DNA from: Eubacteriales bacterium
Lineage (GTDB): Bacteria > Bacillota > Clostridia > Oscillospirales > CAG-272
Direction: 5' to 3'
DNA: 64,000 bases
NCBI GenBank assembly: GCA_045643725.1
Contig: JAZRFQ010000043.1
Location: 1,677-65,676, forward strand
Position numbers and translations under genes: made by a program. The notes under the pieces are model-generated. The model ran no database searches. It saw nothing but the letters and a program-made list of their open reading frames with translations, and was not told the DNA's origin. This document shows, one piece after another, positions 37,075 through 46,484 of the stretch (positions within the stretch are counted from its first letter, which is position 1; every line of letters begins with the position of its first letter).

Positions 37075-37626
37075 TCAGCCCTCGGTGTAGATCTCGGGCT
37101 TCAGAACTCCGACGTAAGGCAGAGCGCGGAAGCGCTCGTCATAGTCAAGTCCGTAGCCCACGACGAACTCGTCGGGAATCTCAAGACCAACGTAGTCGGG
37201 GGTGAACTCTACCTTTCTTCTCGCGGGCTTATCAAGAAGCGCGCAGGTCTTGACCGATCTCGCGCCACGAAGCTTGAGATAATCGGTAAGATAAGAAAGG
37301 GTGTATCCGCTGTCTATAATGTCCTCTATAATGAGGAAATCACAGTCGGAAAGGTCGGGACGGGTGACGTCAAGATGAATCTTGACACTGCCCGAGGAGG
37401 TCGTGCCGCTACCGTAGGAGGACACCTTCATACAGTCGATCTCAACGGGGACGGTGAGCTTCTTCATAAGATCGCCCATAAACACGATAGAGCCCTTGAG
37501 AATGCAAAGAAGCACAAGTTTTTTGTCGCTTCCCTTATAATCGGCGTCTATCTGTGCGGCAAGACGGGAGACAGTCGCCTCGAGCTCGGCCTCGGAGACA
37601 AGAATTTTAGCAATTGCATTATTCAC
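37075..37626 (-). CDS. hpt: Hypoxanthine phosphoribosyltransferase
   Basis: The PRPP motif is FLIIEDIIDSGYTL, and VGYGLDYDERFR is present. Length is 183 aa. Confidence 0.9.
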   Translation of the reverse strand: MNNAIAKILVSEAELEATVSRLAAQIDADYKGSDKKLVLLCILKGSIVFMGDLMKKLTVPVEIDCMKVSSYGSGTTSSGSVKIHLDVTRPDLSDCDFLIIEDIIDSGYTLSYLTDYLKLRGARSVKTCALLDKPARRKVEFTPDYVGLEIPDEFVVGYGLDYDERFRALPYVGVLKPEIYTEG

Positions 37627-37664
37627 AGTGGTATTCCCTCCGCAAAAAATAACTTTCCTATGAT

Positions 37665-37693
37665 ATTCTAGCAGAAAAGGCGAGGAAAGTCAA
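37665..37693 (-). promoter_or_regulatory. Promoter for the hpt-mtaB-glyQS-luxS-mtnN unit
   Basis: The minus strand reads TTGACT, a 17-nt spacer, then TAGAAT with a TGC extended -10. Confidence 0.55.
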
Positions 37694-37745
37694 GGCAATT
37701 CCCCGACTTTGATAAACTTTTGGCAAAAAATATTTTGAAAATCTA

Positions 37746-37774
37746 TTGACATTTGAAGTTCTTTAATATATAAT
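37746..37774 (+). promoter_or_regulatory. Perfect-consensus promoter for rpmH
   Basis: TTGACA (37746-37751), a 17-nt spacer, then TATAAT (37769-37774). Confidence 0.7.
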
Positions 37775-37859
37775 ATATGGTGTTTTCGTATGAATACGCG
37801 AAAATCCGGCGTGAAATTCGCCGAAGACGTTAATTTTTTATCATAAGGAGGTGCTATCT

Positions 37860-37994
37860 GTGAAAAGAACGTATCAGCCTAAGAAGAGACAGAGAAACAA
37901 AGAACACGGTTTCAGAAAAAGAATGGCGACCGCTAACGGTAGAAAAGTTCTTAAGAGAAGACGCGCCAAGGGTAGAGCTAAGCTCACCTACTAA
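37860..37994 (+). CDS. rpmH: 50S ribosomal protein L34
   Basis: My translation from the GTG at 37860 (AAGGAGGTG upstream) gives (M)[43 protein letters not shown]. It falls below the ORF-track size cutoff. Confidence 0.92.
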   Translation: MKRTYQPKKRQRNKEHGFRKRMATANGRKVLKRRRAKGRAKLTY

Positions 37995-38020
37995 TCGTCA
38001 CGCTGCGTGACTCACAAAAC

Positions 38021-38074
38021 CTCCGATAAAGCGCATCGCATTACCTGCATTGTGCATTATCGGGGTTTTTGTTT
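38021..38074 (+). terminator. Weak hairpin plus T-run between rpmH and rnpA, a possible attenuator
   Basis: ctccgataa...ttatcgggg is followed by tttttgttt. The loop is long, so the structure is uncertain. Confidence 0.3.
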
Positions 38075-38090
38075 AGAAAGGAGCGTTACT

Positions 38091-38468
38091 GTGAAATTTA
38101 ACGCAATAACCGAAAATCATCTTTATTCAAAAGCGTATTCAAAGGGCAAGAGAGCGGTGACGTCGGCTCTCGCGGTTTACGTATTGCCCGACTACGCGGC
38201 AAAGCGTCTGGCTTTGGCGCGTCCCGATAAGAAGATCAAGAACAGAATTGGACTCACCGCCTCCACAAAGCTTGGTGGCGCTGTGGTCAGAAGCCGCGTG
38301 CGACGCATTCTCAGAGCGGGACTTACCTCTCTTGAGCATGACAGACCGCTGAAGCAGGGCTTTCTCATCGTTATAGCAGCAAGGAGCGCGGCAGTCGAGC
38401 TGAAGAGCACCGACATAAGAGCGCATCTTGAATCGGCATTCGAGAAGCTCGGAATGTACGCACAGTAA
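38091..38468 (+). CDS. rnpA: Ribonuclease P protein component
   Basis: Reading from the GTG at 38091 (gaaaggag upstream) gives a basic 125-aa protein with [22 protein letters not shown], in the canonical position after rpmH. Confidence 0.85.
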   Translation: MKFNAITENHLYSKAYSKGKRAVTSALAVYVLPDYAAKRLALARPDKKIKNRIGLTASTKLGGAVVRSRVRRILRAGLTSLEHDRPLKQGFLIVIAARSAAVELKSTDIRAHLESAFEKLGMYAQ

Positions 38469-38749
38469 TGAAACACGTAATGATTTGGCTTATCGGCCTT
38501 TATCGAAAATATATTTCTCCCCTAAAACCGCCCTGTTGCAGGTTCACGCCTACCTGCTCCGCCTATGCCATTGAGGCATTTCAGAAACGTGGCTTTTTCG
38601 TGGGATTTGCACTTATGACCTGGCGCCTATTGCGCTGTAATCCATTCTGCAGAGGTGGGTACGATCCCGTACCCGAGAAGAAGGTGCGAGTCAAGCGAGA
38701 TCAAAGGATCGGGAGAGATAACGAGGCGAAAGAAAAAGAAAAGGAATAA
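38468..38749 (+). CDS. yidD: Membrane protein insertion efficiency factor YidD
   Basis: [41 protein letters not shown] is present. Confidence 0.9.
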   Translation: MKHVMIWLIGLYRKYISPLKPPCCRFTPTCSAYAIEAFQKRGFFVGFALMTWRLLRCNPFCRGGYDPVPEKKVRVKRDQRIGRDNEAKEKEKE

Positions 38750-38757
38750 CAACGAAA

Positions 38758-39837
38758 ATGTTGAATTGGTTGTATAATCTGCTCGGCACCATGCTCGCGT
38801 GGTTCGAGTCCTGGACAGGCAGCTATGCTCTGGCGCTCTTATTCTATGCGCTGATCTTCAAGATCGTATTTCTTCCCTTCTCTATCAAGCAGCAGAAGAA
38901 TCAGATCAAGATGGCAAAGCTCGCCCCTCAATTAGAAACCATCAAGGCTAAATATAAGGGTAGAAACTCGAGAGAAGCTCAGCAGCAGATGCAGCAGGAG
39001 ATCATGGAGTTTCAGCAGAAGGAGGGCTACAGCCCCTTCGCAGGATGTCTCCCTATGCTCATCCAGCTTCCCCTTATTATGTGGCTTTACACAGTTATAA
39101 GAAATCCTCTTTCCTACATTGCAAAGTTTGCTGATGAAATTATAGTCAAGGCAAACACGATAGTTTACAATCTTGAAGCAGACGTTGCTCTCAAGCAGAT
39201 CGATCAGATCAATCTTGTTTCCAAGATCAACGAATACATGCATGCCCATCCCGAAACCACCGACTTTGAGAGGATCGGTCTCGACATCACGAAGCTCCCG
39301 AATTTCGATTTGTTCGGAATCAACCTTGCGGAGACTCCCGGCTTCGGACTTATCGGCTCTATTGACGGTTGGCTCATTCTGATTCCCTTCCTGGCAGCAG
39401 GCTTCTCCTGGCTCTCTATGTTCCTGATGAGAAGATGGAATCACAACCCCGCATCCGCAGGTGCAGACGCGCAGGCACAGGCATCGACCAAGATGATGGA
39501 TCTCATGATGCCCGCAATGTCGCTCTTCATCTCCTTCGGCTTCTCGGGTATGCTCGGCGTATACTGGATCTATCAGTCGGTATTCTCTATCCTTCAGTCC
39601 TTCATTCTCAGTAAGGTAATGCCTATGCCGACCTTCACCGAGGAGGAGATCAAGGCTATGAAGAAGGCGCAGAAGGAAGCCGAGAAGGCACAGAAGGAGG
39701 CTCTCAAGGCACAGCCCAAGCACCGTTCTCTTCATTATATAGATGAGGATGACTACGATGAGCTCCCCGAGGTTAAGAATCAGCCTACCAAGGCGAAGAA
39801 GAACGTCAATATGGACGTTCCCGAAATCAAAGACTAA
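38758..39837 (+). CDS. yidC: YidC/Oxa1-family membrane insertase (SpoIIIJ type)
   Basis: It is polytopic, with FKIVFLPFSIKQQKNQIKM and PFAGCLPMLIQLPLIMWLY, and a K/E-rich C-terminal tail. Confidence 0.9.
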   Translation: MLNWLYNLLGTMLAWFESWTGSYALALLFYALIFKIVFLPFSIKQQKNQIKMAKLAPQLETIKAKYKGRNSREAQQQMQQEIMEFQQKEGYSPFAGCLPMLIQLPLIMWLYTVIRNPLSYIAKFADEIIVKANTIVYNLEADVALKQIDQINLVSKINEYMHAHPETTDFERIGLDITKLPNFDLFGINLAETPGFGLIGSIDGWLILIPFLAAGFSWLSMFLMRRWNHNPASAGADAQAQASTKMMDLMMPAMSLFISFGFSGMLGVYWIYQSVFSILQSFILSKVMPMPTFTEEEIKAMKKAQKEAEKAQKEALKAQPKHRSLHYIDEDDYDELPEVKNQPTKAKKNVNMDVPEIKD

Positions 39838-39855
39838 ACAAGGAAGAAAACACTA

Positions 39856-40911
39856 ATGATAAAAGAAGTAACCGCAACAGGTAAAGACATCGTTGAGGCT
39901 CAGGAAAATGCCAGAGCCGCACTTGGTGCAGACGTACTCGACGACGTAAAGTTCGAGATCCTTCATGCAGGCAGCAAGGGTATTTTCGGTATCATCGGCG
40001 TTAAGCCCGCACAGGTAAGAGCCTACATCGAGCTTCCTGACGTTAAGGAAAAGCGCCGCGAGCGCCCCAAGAAGGAAAGACGCGAGGCATCGGCTGACGC
40101 CCCCCGTCGTGACAACAAGAACAACTCTAACAACAATAAGAAGAAGGGCGACAAGAAGCCCCGTCCCCAGAACGAGCAGAAGGATTCCAAGCCCAAGAGC
40201 GAGGTTATTCCCGAGGAAGAGCTCAAGATGGAGCGCCGCGAGGTAGCTGCAGGCGAGGATATGTCCTTTGACTTCATCAAGACCGTTATCTCCGACATCG
40301 GCCTCTCCGCCGAGGCAGAGCTCTATGCCTGCGAGGACGGCACCAGAAGAATCACCATCGTTGGTGAGGACGCATCCGCCCTTATCGGTCATCACGGCGA
40401 CACTCTCGACGCGCTTCAGTACCTTGCCAATCTCGCATCCGCGAAGAAGAATGCAAACGGTGAGCGCGACAAGAGCCGCGTAACCCTCGACATCGAGGGC
40501 TACCGTGCAAAGCGCGAGGCTACTCTCCGTGCTCTCGCTCGCAGAATGGGCGCAAAGGCACTCAAGAGCCACAGAAGCATTATGCTCGAGCCCATGAGCG
40601 CATACGAGAGAAGAATCATTCACTCCGAGATCCAGAAGATGGAGGGCATCTCCACCAACTCTATCGGCTCTGATAACAACAGAAAGATCGTTATCTTCCT
40701 CACCGACAAGAAGCCGAAGGAGCTCTTCGAGGATAAGGACAGCATTCCTCCCATCACCGACGAGATGAATGCAGACGTTGACGACAACAGCGGCGCAGTT
40801 GATCCCGTTGTTACCTCCGACGCTTCCGAAGAGGGTGAGACCTCGGCATTCGAGCAGACCTATTCCGCAGAGGACTACGTCATATCCGGCGCAGACTCCG
40901 AGAATAACTAA
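39856..40911 (+). CDS. jag: Jag/KhpB RNA-binding protein (Jag_N, KH, R3H) with extended linker and tail
   Basis: Jag_N is MIKEVTATGKDIVEAQENARAALG. The KH-like region contains IGHHGDTLDALQYL, and the R3H motif is YERRIIHSEIQ. At 351 aa it is longer than typical family members. Confidence 0.85.
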   Translation: MIKEVTATGKDIVEAQENARAALGADVLDDVKFEILHAGSKGIFGIIGVKPAQVRAYIELPDVKEKRRERPKKERREASADAPRRDNKNNSNNNKKKGDKKPRPQNEQKDSKPKSEVIPEEELKMERREVAAGEDMSFDFIKTVISDIGLSAEAELYACEDGTRRITIVGEDASALIGHHGDTLDALQYLANLASAKKNANGERDKSRVTLDIEGYRAKREATLRALARRMGAKALKSHRSIMLEPMSAYERRIIHSEIQKMEGISTNSIGSDNNRKIVIFLTDKKPKELFEDKDSIPPITDEMNADVDDNSGAVDPVVTSDASEEGETSAFEQTYSAEDYVISGADSENN

Positions 40912-40912
40912 T

Positions 40913-42292
40913 ATGCTCCGCTCGGATATAATAGCAGCAATTTCTACCCCACCCGGCAAGGGTGGGGTAGCCCTTATCCGCCTGTCAGGCGATGGCGCTA
41001 TAGCTCTCACGGATAAATTCTTCCGCGCGGCGTCGGGCCGCAAGGTCACCGACTATCCTCTGCGCACGCAGATCTACGGATACGTTATCGACGGCGAGCG
41101 CACGGTTGACGACGGAATGCTCACCTGCTTTGGCGCAGGGGCATCCTATACCGGCGAGGAAACCGTCGAGATCACCTGCCACGGCGGTATTCTCGTGAGC
41201 GAGCTTGTGCTCGCTACTCTCCTGAAGGCAGGCGCAAGAGCCGCCGAGGCCGGCGAGTTCACACGTCGCGCCTTTCTGAACGGCAGACTTTCTCTCTCTG
41301 ATGCCGAGGCTATCGGTCTCCTGCTCGAAGCGAAGAGCGAGGAGCAGATCGCCCTCGCAGGCAAGGACTCGCGCGACAGACTCTCGGAAAAGATCCGCGA
41401 GATAGCTAAAAAAATGACCGAGCTTCTCGGCTCGGTGTATGCGAGGATCGACTATCCCGACGAGGATCTCGGTGACTTCACAGACGATGAGATGCTCGGT
41501 ATGCTAAAGGAAGTTGCGAGCGAGCTTGAAGCTCTGATCGCGACCTACAGAACGGGCCACTCCATCGCCGAGGGCATAAAAACCGCCATAATCGGCAAGC
41601 CCAACGTGGGCAAAAGCAGTCTTTACAACATTCTCTGCGGCAGAGATGCCGCTATCGTCACCGACATTGCGGGTACAACGCGCGACGTGCTCGAGGATAC
41701 CGTAACGCTCGGCAAGGTGACACTTCGTCTTGCTGACACGGCAGGCATTCGAGCAGACAGCGCAGATCCAGTCGAGAAGATAGGTATCGAGCGCTCGCTC
41801 TCACAGCTCGCAGAGAGTGAGCTGATTCTGGCGGTAGCGGACGCCACCGAGGGTATAGACGGTGAGATCGTCGAATCGGTGCAGAACAGCTCTGCGGCGA
41901 AAATCGCAATATATAATAAAGTAGATAAGCTCGGCGCAGGCTTTGCGCCTGAGTGTCCCGAAGGATTTGACCGCGCTATCGCGGTGTCGGCAACCGCATC
42001 GCCCGATGAGGCACTCGCGGCGATCAAGGCGGTCGTCAAGGAGCTCTTCATCGACGGGCGCATATCGGTCGGCTCTGACGCGATAGTGTCCTCCGCAAGA
42101 CAGAGAGCCGAGCTCGCCGAGGCAAGCGAGGCGATAGCCGCCGCGATCGATGCAATATCGTCAGGCGTGTTCGCGGATGCCGTATCCTCCGACGTCGAGA
42201 TCGCACTCGGCGCGGTGTCGCGAGTTGACGGCAGAGCCGTCTCCGAGGCGGTAGTAGACAACATCTTCTCGCGCTTCTGCGTTGGAAAGTGA
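40913..42292 (+). CDS. mnmE: tRNA modification GTPase MnmE
   Basis: Reading from the ATG at 40913 gives MLRSDIIAAISTPPGKGGVALIRLSG. G1 is GKPNVGKSS, DTAGIR is present, and the C-terminus is FCVGK. Confidence 0.95.
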   Translation: MLRSDIIAAISTPPGKGGVALIRLSGDGAIALTDKFFRAASGRKVTDYPLRTQIYGYVIDGERTVDDGMLTCFGAGASYTGEETVEITCHGGILVSELVLATLLKAGARAAEAGEFTRRAFLNGRLSLSDAEAIGLLLEAKSEEQIALAGKDSRDRLSEKIREIAKKMTELLGSVYARIDYPDEDLGDFTDDEMLGMLKEVASELEALIATYRTGHSIAEGIKTAIIGKPNVGKSSLYNILCGRDAAIVTDIAGTTRDVLEDTVTLGKVTLRLADTAGIRADSADPVEKIGIERSLSQLAESELILAVADATEGIDGEIVESVQNSSAAKIAIYNKVDKLGAGFAPECPEGFDRAIAVSATASPDEALAAIKAVVKELFIDGRISVGSDAIVSSARQRAELAEASEAIAAAIDAISSGVFADAVSSDVEIALGAVSRVDGRAVSEAVVDNIFSRFCVGK

Positions 42293-42298
42293 GGCAAT

Positions 42299-42628
42299 AT
42301 GGAAACCAAGAGATTTTCTAAAAACGATTCGGGCTTTATCTGTGCCGCCTGCGGCCGTGAGGTTCTGCCCCTCGGTTATACCTCGCGTAATCACTGTCCC
42401 TTCTGCCTCTCATCGCTCCACGTTGATATAAACCCCGGTGACAGAGCCAACGAATGTCGCGGAATTCTCCGCGCGGTTGGTGCTATGCCCGACCCGAAGA
42501 AGGGATATATCATAATTCACCGCTGTGAAAAATGCGGCAAGACGGTCAGAAACAAGGCCGCCCACGAGGCAAAGGTACAGCCCGACGATATGGACCTGAT
42601 CATCAAGCTCACCGCCGCAGAATACTAA
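42299..42628 (+). CDS. RNHCP domain-containing zinc-ribbon protein
   Basis: CAACGREV...SRNHCPFCLSSLH...HRCEKCGK carries the literal RNHCP motif with paired CxxC motifs. Confidence 0.8.
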   Translation: METKRFSKNDSGFICAACGREVLPLGYTSRNHCPFCLSSLHVDINPGDRANECRGILRAVGAMPDPKKGYIIIHRCEKCGKTVRNKAAHEAKVQPDDMDLIIKLTAAEY

Positions 42629-42668
42629 AAACAAGGCTTTTTTTGCCGGTTGAATATCAAAAATTAAA

Positions 42669-42706
42669 GGCATATTGTAAACTTTGGTTTACAATATGCC
42701 TTTTTT
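42669..42706. terminator. Bidirectional rho-independent terminator
   Basis: ggcatattgtaaac-tttg-gtttacaatatgcc is a 14-bp stem. It is followed by tttttt on the plus strand and by a T-rich tract on the minus strand. Confidence 0.8.
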
Positions 42707-42715
42707 AGCGCCTTT

Positions 42716-42961
42716 TTACGCGAGTGAAAGTAAAAGGTAAAGAAGGAGATACGCGACGGTAATTATACCTATTGTGACAAGCATCGGAATTATCATAAGC
42801 TTAACCGTGTCGATGTAGGTCTTGAACTTCTCCTTGAAGGTCGATTTGCTGCCGCCGGCTCTGAATCCGTAGTTTTCAAGAGACGACATATCGACGATCG
42901 TCGAGCCGTCGTCTACGTACTTCTCCTTGCTCTTGTCGTTTTTATCCTTTGTATTCTTCAT
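42716..42961 (-). CDS. Small tail-anchored membrane protein, last gene of the Opp-like operon
   Basis: This 81-aa ORF has a K/D-rich N-terminus and a C-terminal TM (IIPMLVTIGIITVAYLLLYLLLSLA). Its ATG lies 1 nt after the upstream ATPase stop. Confidence 0.5.
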   Translation of the reverse strand: MKNTKDKNDKSKEKYVDDGSTIVDMSSLENYGFRAGGSKSTFKEKFKTYIDTVKLMIIPMLVTIGIITVAYLLLYLLLSLA

Positions 42962-42962
42962 A

Positions 42963-44048
42963 TCACTTCTCTAAAAGGTGGCAGGCTACGAAGTGACCGG
43001 GCTCGTACTCTCTGTACTCCGGTGCTACGTGCTTGCACTTCTCTGTCGCGTGGGGGCATCTGGTGTGGAATCTGCAGCCCTTGGGCGGATTGGTGGGAGA
43101 AGGAATATCGCCGCTCAGGACGATACGGTTCATCTTCACGTCGGGATCGGGGTTGGGTATCGCCGAGAACAGAGCTTGGGTGTAAGGGTGAAGAGGATTC
43201 TTGAAGATGTCCTTCTTCTCACCGAACTCGACCATAGAGCCGAGATACATAACGCCGATCTTGTCGGAAATGAACTTAACGACCGAGAGGTCGTGCGAAA
43301 TGAAGATGTAGGTGAGATTCATCGACTGCTGAAGCTCCTTGAGCAGATTGATGATCTGCGCCTGGATCGAAACGTCGAGCGCCGATACGGGCTCGTCGCA
43401 GATCACAAGCTCGGGATTAACCGAAAGAGCTCTTGCAATACAGATTCTCTGACGCTGACCGCCCGAGAACTCGTGAGGATAGCGCTCGAAATAATAGTCG
43501 CGCAGACCGCACTTGTCCATAAGGCTGAGAACGTAGTCCTTTACCTCGTCCTTGGGCACGATGCCGTGCACCTGAACCGGCTCGGAGAGTATATCGCCGA
43601 CGGTGCTTCTCGGAGGAAGCGACGAGTAGGGGTCCTGGAAGATGATCTGCATCTTGGTGCGATGCTTTCTCATCTCTCTTACGTTGTAATCGGTGATGTC
43701 CTCACCCTTGAAGATGATTCTGCCGCCGGAGGGCTCGTGGAGCTTCAGGATCGCACGGCCGAGGGTGGTCTTGCCACAGCCCGACTCACCAACGATACCG
43801 AGCGTCTCTCCCGCCTTGAGAGTGAAGGAAACGTCGTCTACCGCGACGAGCTCCTTCTCTACCTTGCCGAGAAGGCTCTTCTTGATGGGGAATCGCTTTG
43901 AGAGGTGTCTTATCTCGAGAATCGCGTCGGGATCGTAGGGCTTCTCAAGATCAGCCTCAATGCGAGCCTGCTTCTCCTCTGCCGCCTTGATCGCGATGGC
44001 ATCGTCGTCGTACATCTCGATCTCTTGTGTGTTAACCGATTCACTCAT
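42963..44048 (-). CDS. Oligopeptide/dipeptide ABC transporter ATP-binding protein (OppF-like)
   Basis: Walker A is GESGCGKTT, the signature is FSGGQRQR, and Walker B is [11 protein letters not shown]. The C-terminal oligopeptide-type domain carries CRFHTRCP. The ATG at 44048 follows GAGGAGG. Confidence 0.9.
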   Translation of the reverse strand: MSESVNTQEIEMYDDDAIAIKAAEEKQARIEADLEKPYDPDAILEIRHLSKRFPIKKSLLGKVEKELVAVDDVSFTLKAGETLGIVGESGCGKTTLGRAILKLHEPSGGRIIFKGEDITDYNVREMRKHRTKMQIIFQDPYSSLPPRSTVGDILSEPVQVHGIVPKDEVKDYVLSLMDKCGLRDYYFERYPHEFSGGQRQRICIARALSVNPELVICDEPVSALDVSIQAQIINLLKELQQSMNLTYIFISHDLSVVKFISDKIGVMYLGSMVEFGEKKDIFKNPLHPYTQALFSAIPNPDPDVKMNRIVLSGDIPSPTNPPKGCRFHTRCPHATEKCKHVAPEYREYEPGHFVACHLLEK

Positions 44049-45396
44049 TGGTCTTTTCCTCCTCTCTGTACAGGTGGCACGCAACGTAATGAGTGGGGCT
44101 TACCTGCACCATTCCGGGATAGTTGCCGGAGCAGCTGCCAATGCACTGCGAGCATCTCTCCTTGAAGAAGCAATGCTTCGGCATATTTACGGGGTTAGGA
44201 ACGTTACCGGGAATGTTGAAGAGCGTGTCGCTGTCTGAGTCCATCGTGGGCTTCGACTTCTGAAGACCGATGGTGTAGGGATGGAGGGGATTATGGAAGA
44301 TCTCCTCTACAGTTCCCTGCTCGATGACTCTACCCGCGTACATAACTACAACGTAGTCTGCCATCTCGGCGATGATACCGAGGTCGTGGGTGATGAGCAT
44401 TATCGAGCCGTCGATACGCTTCTTAAGATCGCGGAGCAGATCGAGGATCTGCGCCTGAATGGTAACGTCAAGAGCCGTGGTAGGCTCGTCGGCAATGATG
44501 AGTCTCGGGTCGCAGGCGAGTGCCATAGAGATCATTACTCTCTGGCGCATACCGCCCGACAGCTCGTGGGGATAAGCGTTGTAAACGCGCTCGGGCGCGG
44601 CAATTCCGACGAGCGAAAGCATCTCGAGCGAGCGTGCCTTTGCCATCTCCTTGGTTGCGCCGGGAGTGTGGATGAACACTACCTCGTCAAGCTGATTTCC
44701 GATAGTGAAAACGGGGTTCAAGGAGGTCATAGGCTCCTGGAAGATCATGGAGATCTGACGGCCTCTGATGCGGTGGATCTCACTGATGGGCATCTCGGCG
44801 ATGTCGTAGACCTTCTCCTCCATACGGTAGACGGGCGTGCCGTACTCGTTTCGCTTTACCGCGGGAACTCTGACGGGCTTGCCGTTCTTTCCGATAATAT
44901 CGTTGCCATCGGCATCCTTCTCGTTCTCGAAGAGGATCTTGCCGTTTTTCTTGCGCTTGAAGACGGGAATGGGGTTACCAAGCGCGTCGCGCTTGTAGTC
45001 ATACGCCTTGAAGCGTATGCTACCCGAGTAGATCTGTCCCTGCGGTCCCTGGAGGAGTCGCATGACCGACATACTCGTGACCGACTTACCGCATCCCGAC
45101 TCGCCGACGATGCCGACGGTGGCACCCTTCGGAATGTTGAAGGAAACGCCGTTTACCGCCTTAACGACACCCTGATCGGTGAAGAAGTAGGTGTGCAGAT
45201 TATCGATCTCAAGGATATTTCTGTTATCCTTCATCTCGGTGACGAATTCGCTCTCATCAGCCTTTCTGTGCTTTTTCTTCTCGAGAGCCTTCATAACGTG
45301 GGCATTTGCCTTTGCTATTTCCTTGATCTCTTTGCCGGAGAGGTAATGTCTGTCAGCACTTGTTGTGCTCTTATGATCTCTTGCGAATCTACTCAT
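44041..45396 (-). CDS. Oligopeptide/dipeptide ABC transporter ATP-binding protein (OppD-like) with an N-terminal extension and an about 70-aa insertion
   Basis: Walker A is GESGCGKSV, the signature is LSGGMRQR, and Walker B is [11 protein letters not shown]. It is 451 aa, against about 330 aa usual for this family. Confidence 0.9.
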   Translation of the reverse strand: MSRFARDHKSTTSADRHYLSGKEIKEIAKANAHVMKALEKKKHRKADESEFVTEMKDNRNILEIDNLHTYFFTDQGVVKAVNGVSFNIPKGATVGIVGESGCGKSVTSMSVMRLLQGPQGQIYSGSIRFKAYDYKRDALGNPIPVFKRKKNGKILFENEKDADGNDIIGKNGKPVRVPAVKRNEYGTPVYRMEEKVYDIAEMPISEIHRIRGRQISMIFQEPMTSLNPVFTIGNQLDEVVFIHTPGATKEMAKARSLEMLSLVGIAAPERVYNAYPHELSGGMRQRVMISMALACDPRLIIADEPTTALDVTIQAQILDLLRDLKKRIDGSIMLITHDLGIIAEMADYVVVMYAGRVIEQGTVEEIFHNPLHPYTIGLQKSKPTMDSDSDTLFNIPGNVPNPVNMPKHCFFKERCSQCIGSCSGNYPGMVQVSPTHYVACHLYREEEKTNE

Positions 45397-45399
45397 ATA

Positions 45400-46473
45400 T
45401 TACCTCCTCATCTTGGGGTCAAGGGCGTCACGAAGACCGTCGCCGATAAAGTTGAAGCCGAGAACGGCAATGATGATACATATGCCGGGAGGGCCCCAAA
45501 CGTTGAAATAGTTGGAAAGAATGTCGGGATCCTTTGCCGCGTTGATCATAGTACCCCACGCCGCGTACTGCTCGGGAGCACCAAGACCAAGGTAGGAGAG
45601 CGATGCCTCGTAAAGAATCATACTACCAAGGCTCAGGGTCATAGAAACGATGAGCTGGGGCATTACGTTAGGAACGAGGTGCTTGAAGATCTTACGGCCG
45701 GTGGAATAGCCCATCGCCTCTGCCGCGACCATATACTCCTGCTCACGAAGAGAGAGGATCTGACCGCGCACGAGTCTGGCTGTTCCCGACCAGGAGATGA
45801 GAGTGAGGAAGCCCATCAGCCAATAGATCTTGTACTGATAGTCAAACATCGCGACACCGCCCTCTCGCAGACCGTCGATTATCGTACCGACGATAAGGAG
45901 GATCGGGAATCCGGGCAGACACATAAGGATGTCACAGACTCTCATTATGATGTTATCAACAACGCCGCCGAAGTAGCCGGCGAGACCGCCGAAGATAATG
46001 CCAAAGAATGTGATAATAAAGACCGCCATAAAGCTGATGGTGAGCGAGATCTTACCGCCGTTCATCAGTCGTGCGAGCACGTCCTTACCCGTCTTATCAG
46101 TGCCGAGCGGATGCTTTGCCGAGGGCTCGGAGAGCATATTGTCGGTGAGCTCGGTCTCGATGACCTGTATGAAGGTGTGAGTTACGCCGTTCTCATCGGT
46201 GTATGTAACCTCACGCTCGGTGTACTCGATCTTACCGTCCTTGTCGATCTCGGTGGGAGATACGTTGTAGATCAAGGGACCTACCCAACAGAAGAGGAAG
46301 AGCGACACTACCATAACAAGTCCAACGATACTGAGCTTGGAACGGAAGAAACGGCGGATGACCATCTGCATAGGGGACATGAGCTTCAGCGACTGCTCGT
46401 GCGATACTTCTTCTGCAGCTTCTACGATTTTCTCGTTCTCTTCTGCTTCAAGATTGATTTTCTTATCTTTCAT
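45400..46473 (-). CDS. Peptide ABC transporter permease (OppC-like)
   Basis: A BPD_transp_1-type core is present (YMVAAEAMGYSTGRKIFKHLVPN). The ATG at 46473 follows GGAGGTG. Confidence 0.85.
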   Translation of the reverse strand: MKDKKINLEAEENEKIVEAAEEVSHEQSLKLMSPMQMVIRRFFRSKLSIVGLVMVVSLFLFCWVGPLIYNVSPTEIDKDGKIEYTEREVTYTDENGVTHTFIQVIETELTDNMLSEPSAKHPLGTDKTGKDVLARLMNGGKISLTISFMAVFIITFFGIIFGGLAGYFGGVVDNIIMRVCDILMCLPGFPILLIVGTIIDGLREGGVAMFDYQYKIYWLMGFLTLISWSGTARLVRGQILSLREQEYMVAAEAMGYSTGRKIFKHLVPNVMPQLIVSMTLSLGSMILYEASLSYLGLGAPEQYAAWGTMINAAKDPDILSNYFNVWGPPGICIIIAVLGFNFIGDGLRDALDPKMRR

Positions 46474-46484
46474 ACCGCACCTCC

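Noticed and set aside
37627-37859. oriC / DnaA-box cluster in the hpt-rpmH divergent spacer
   Set aside because: No TTATCCACA-like 9-mers are visible. The spacer is short (233 bp) and fully accounted for by two promoters and the rpmH leader.
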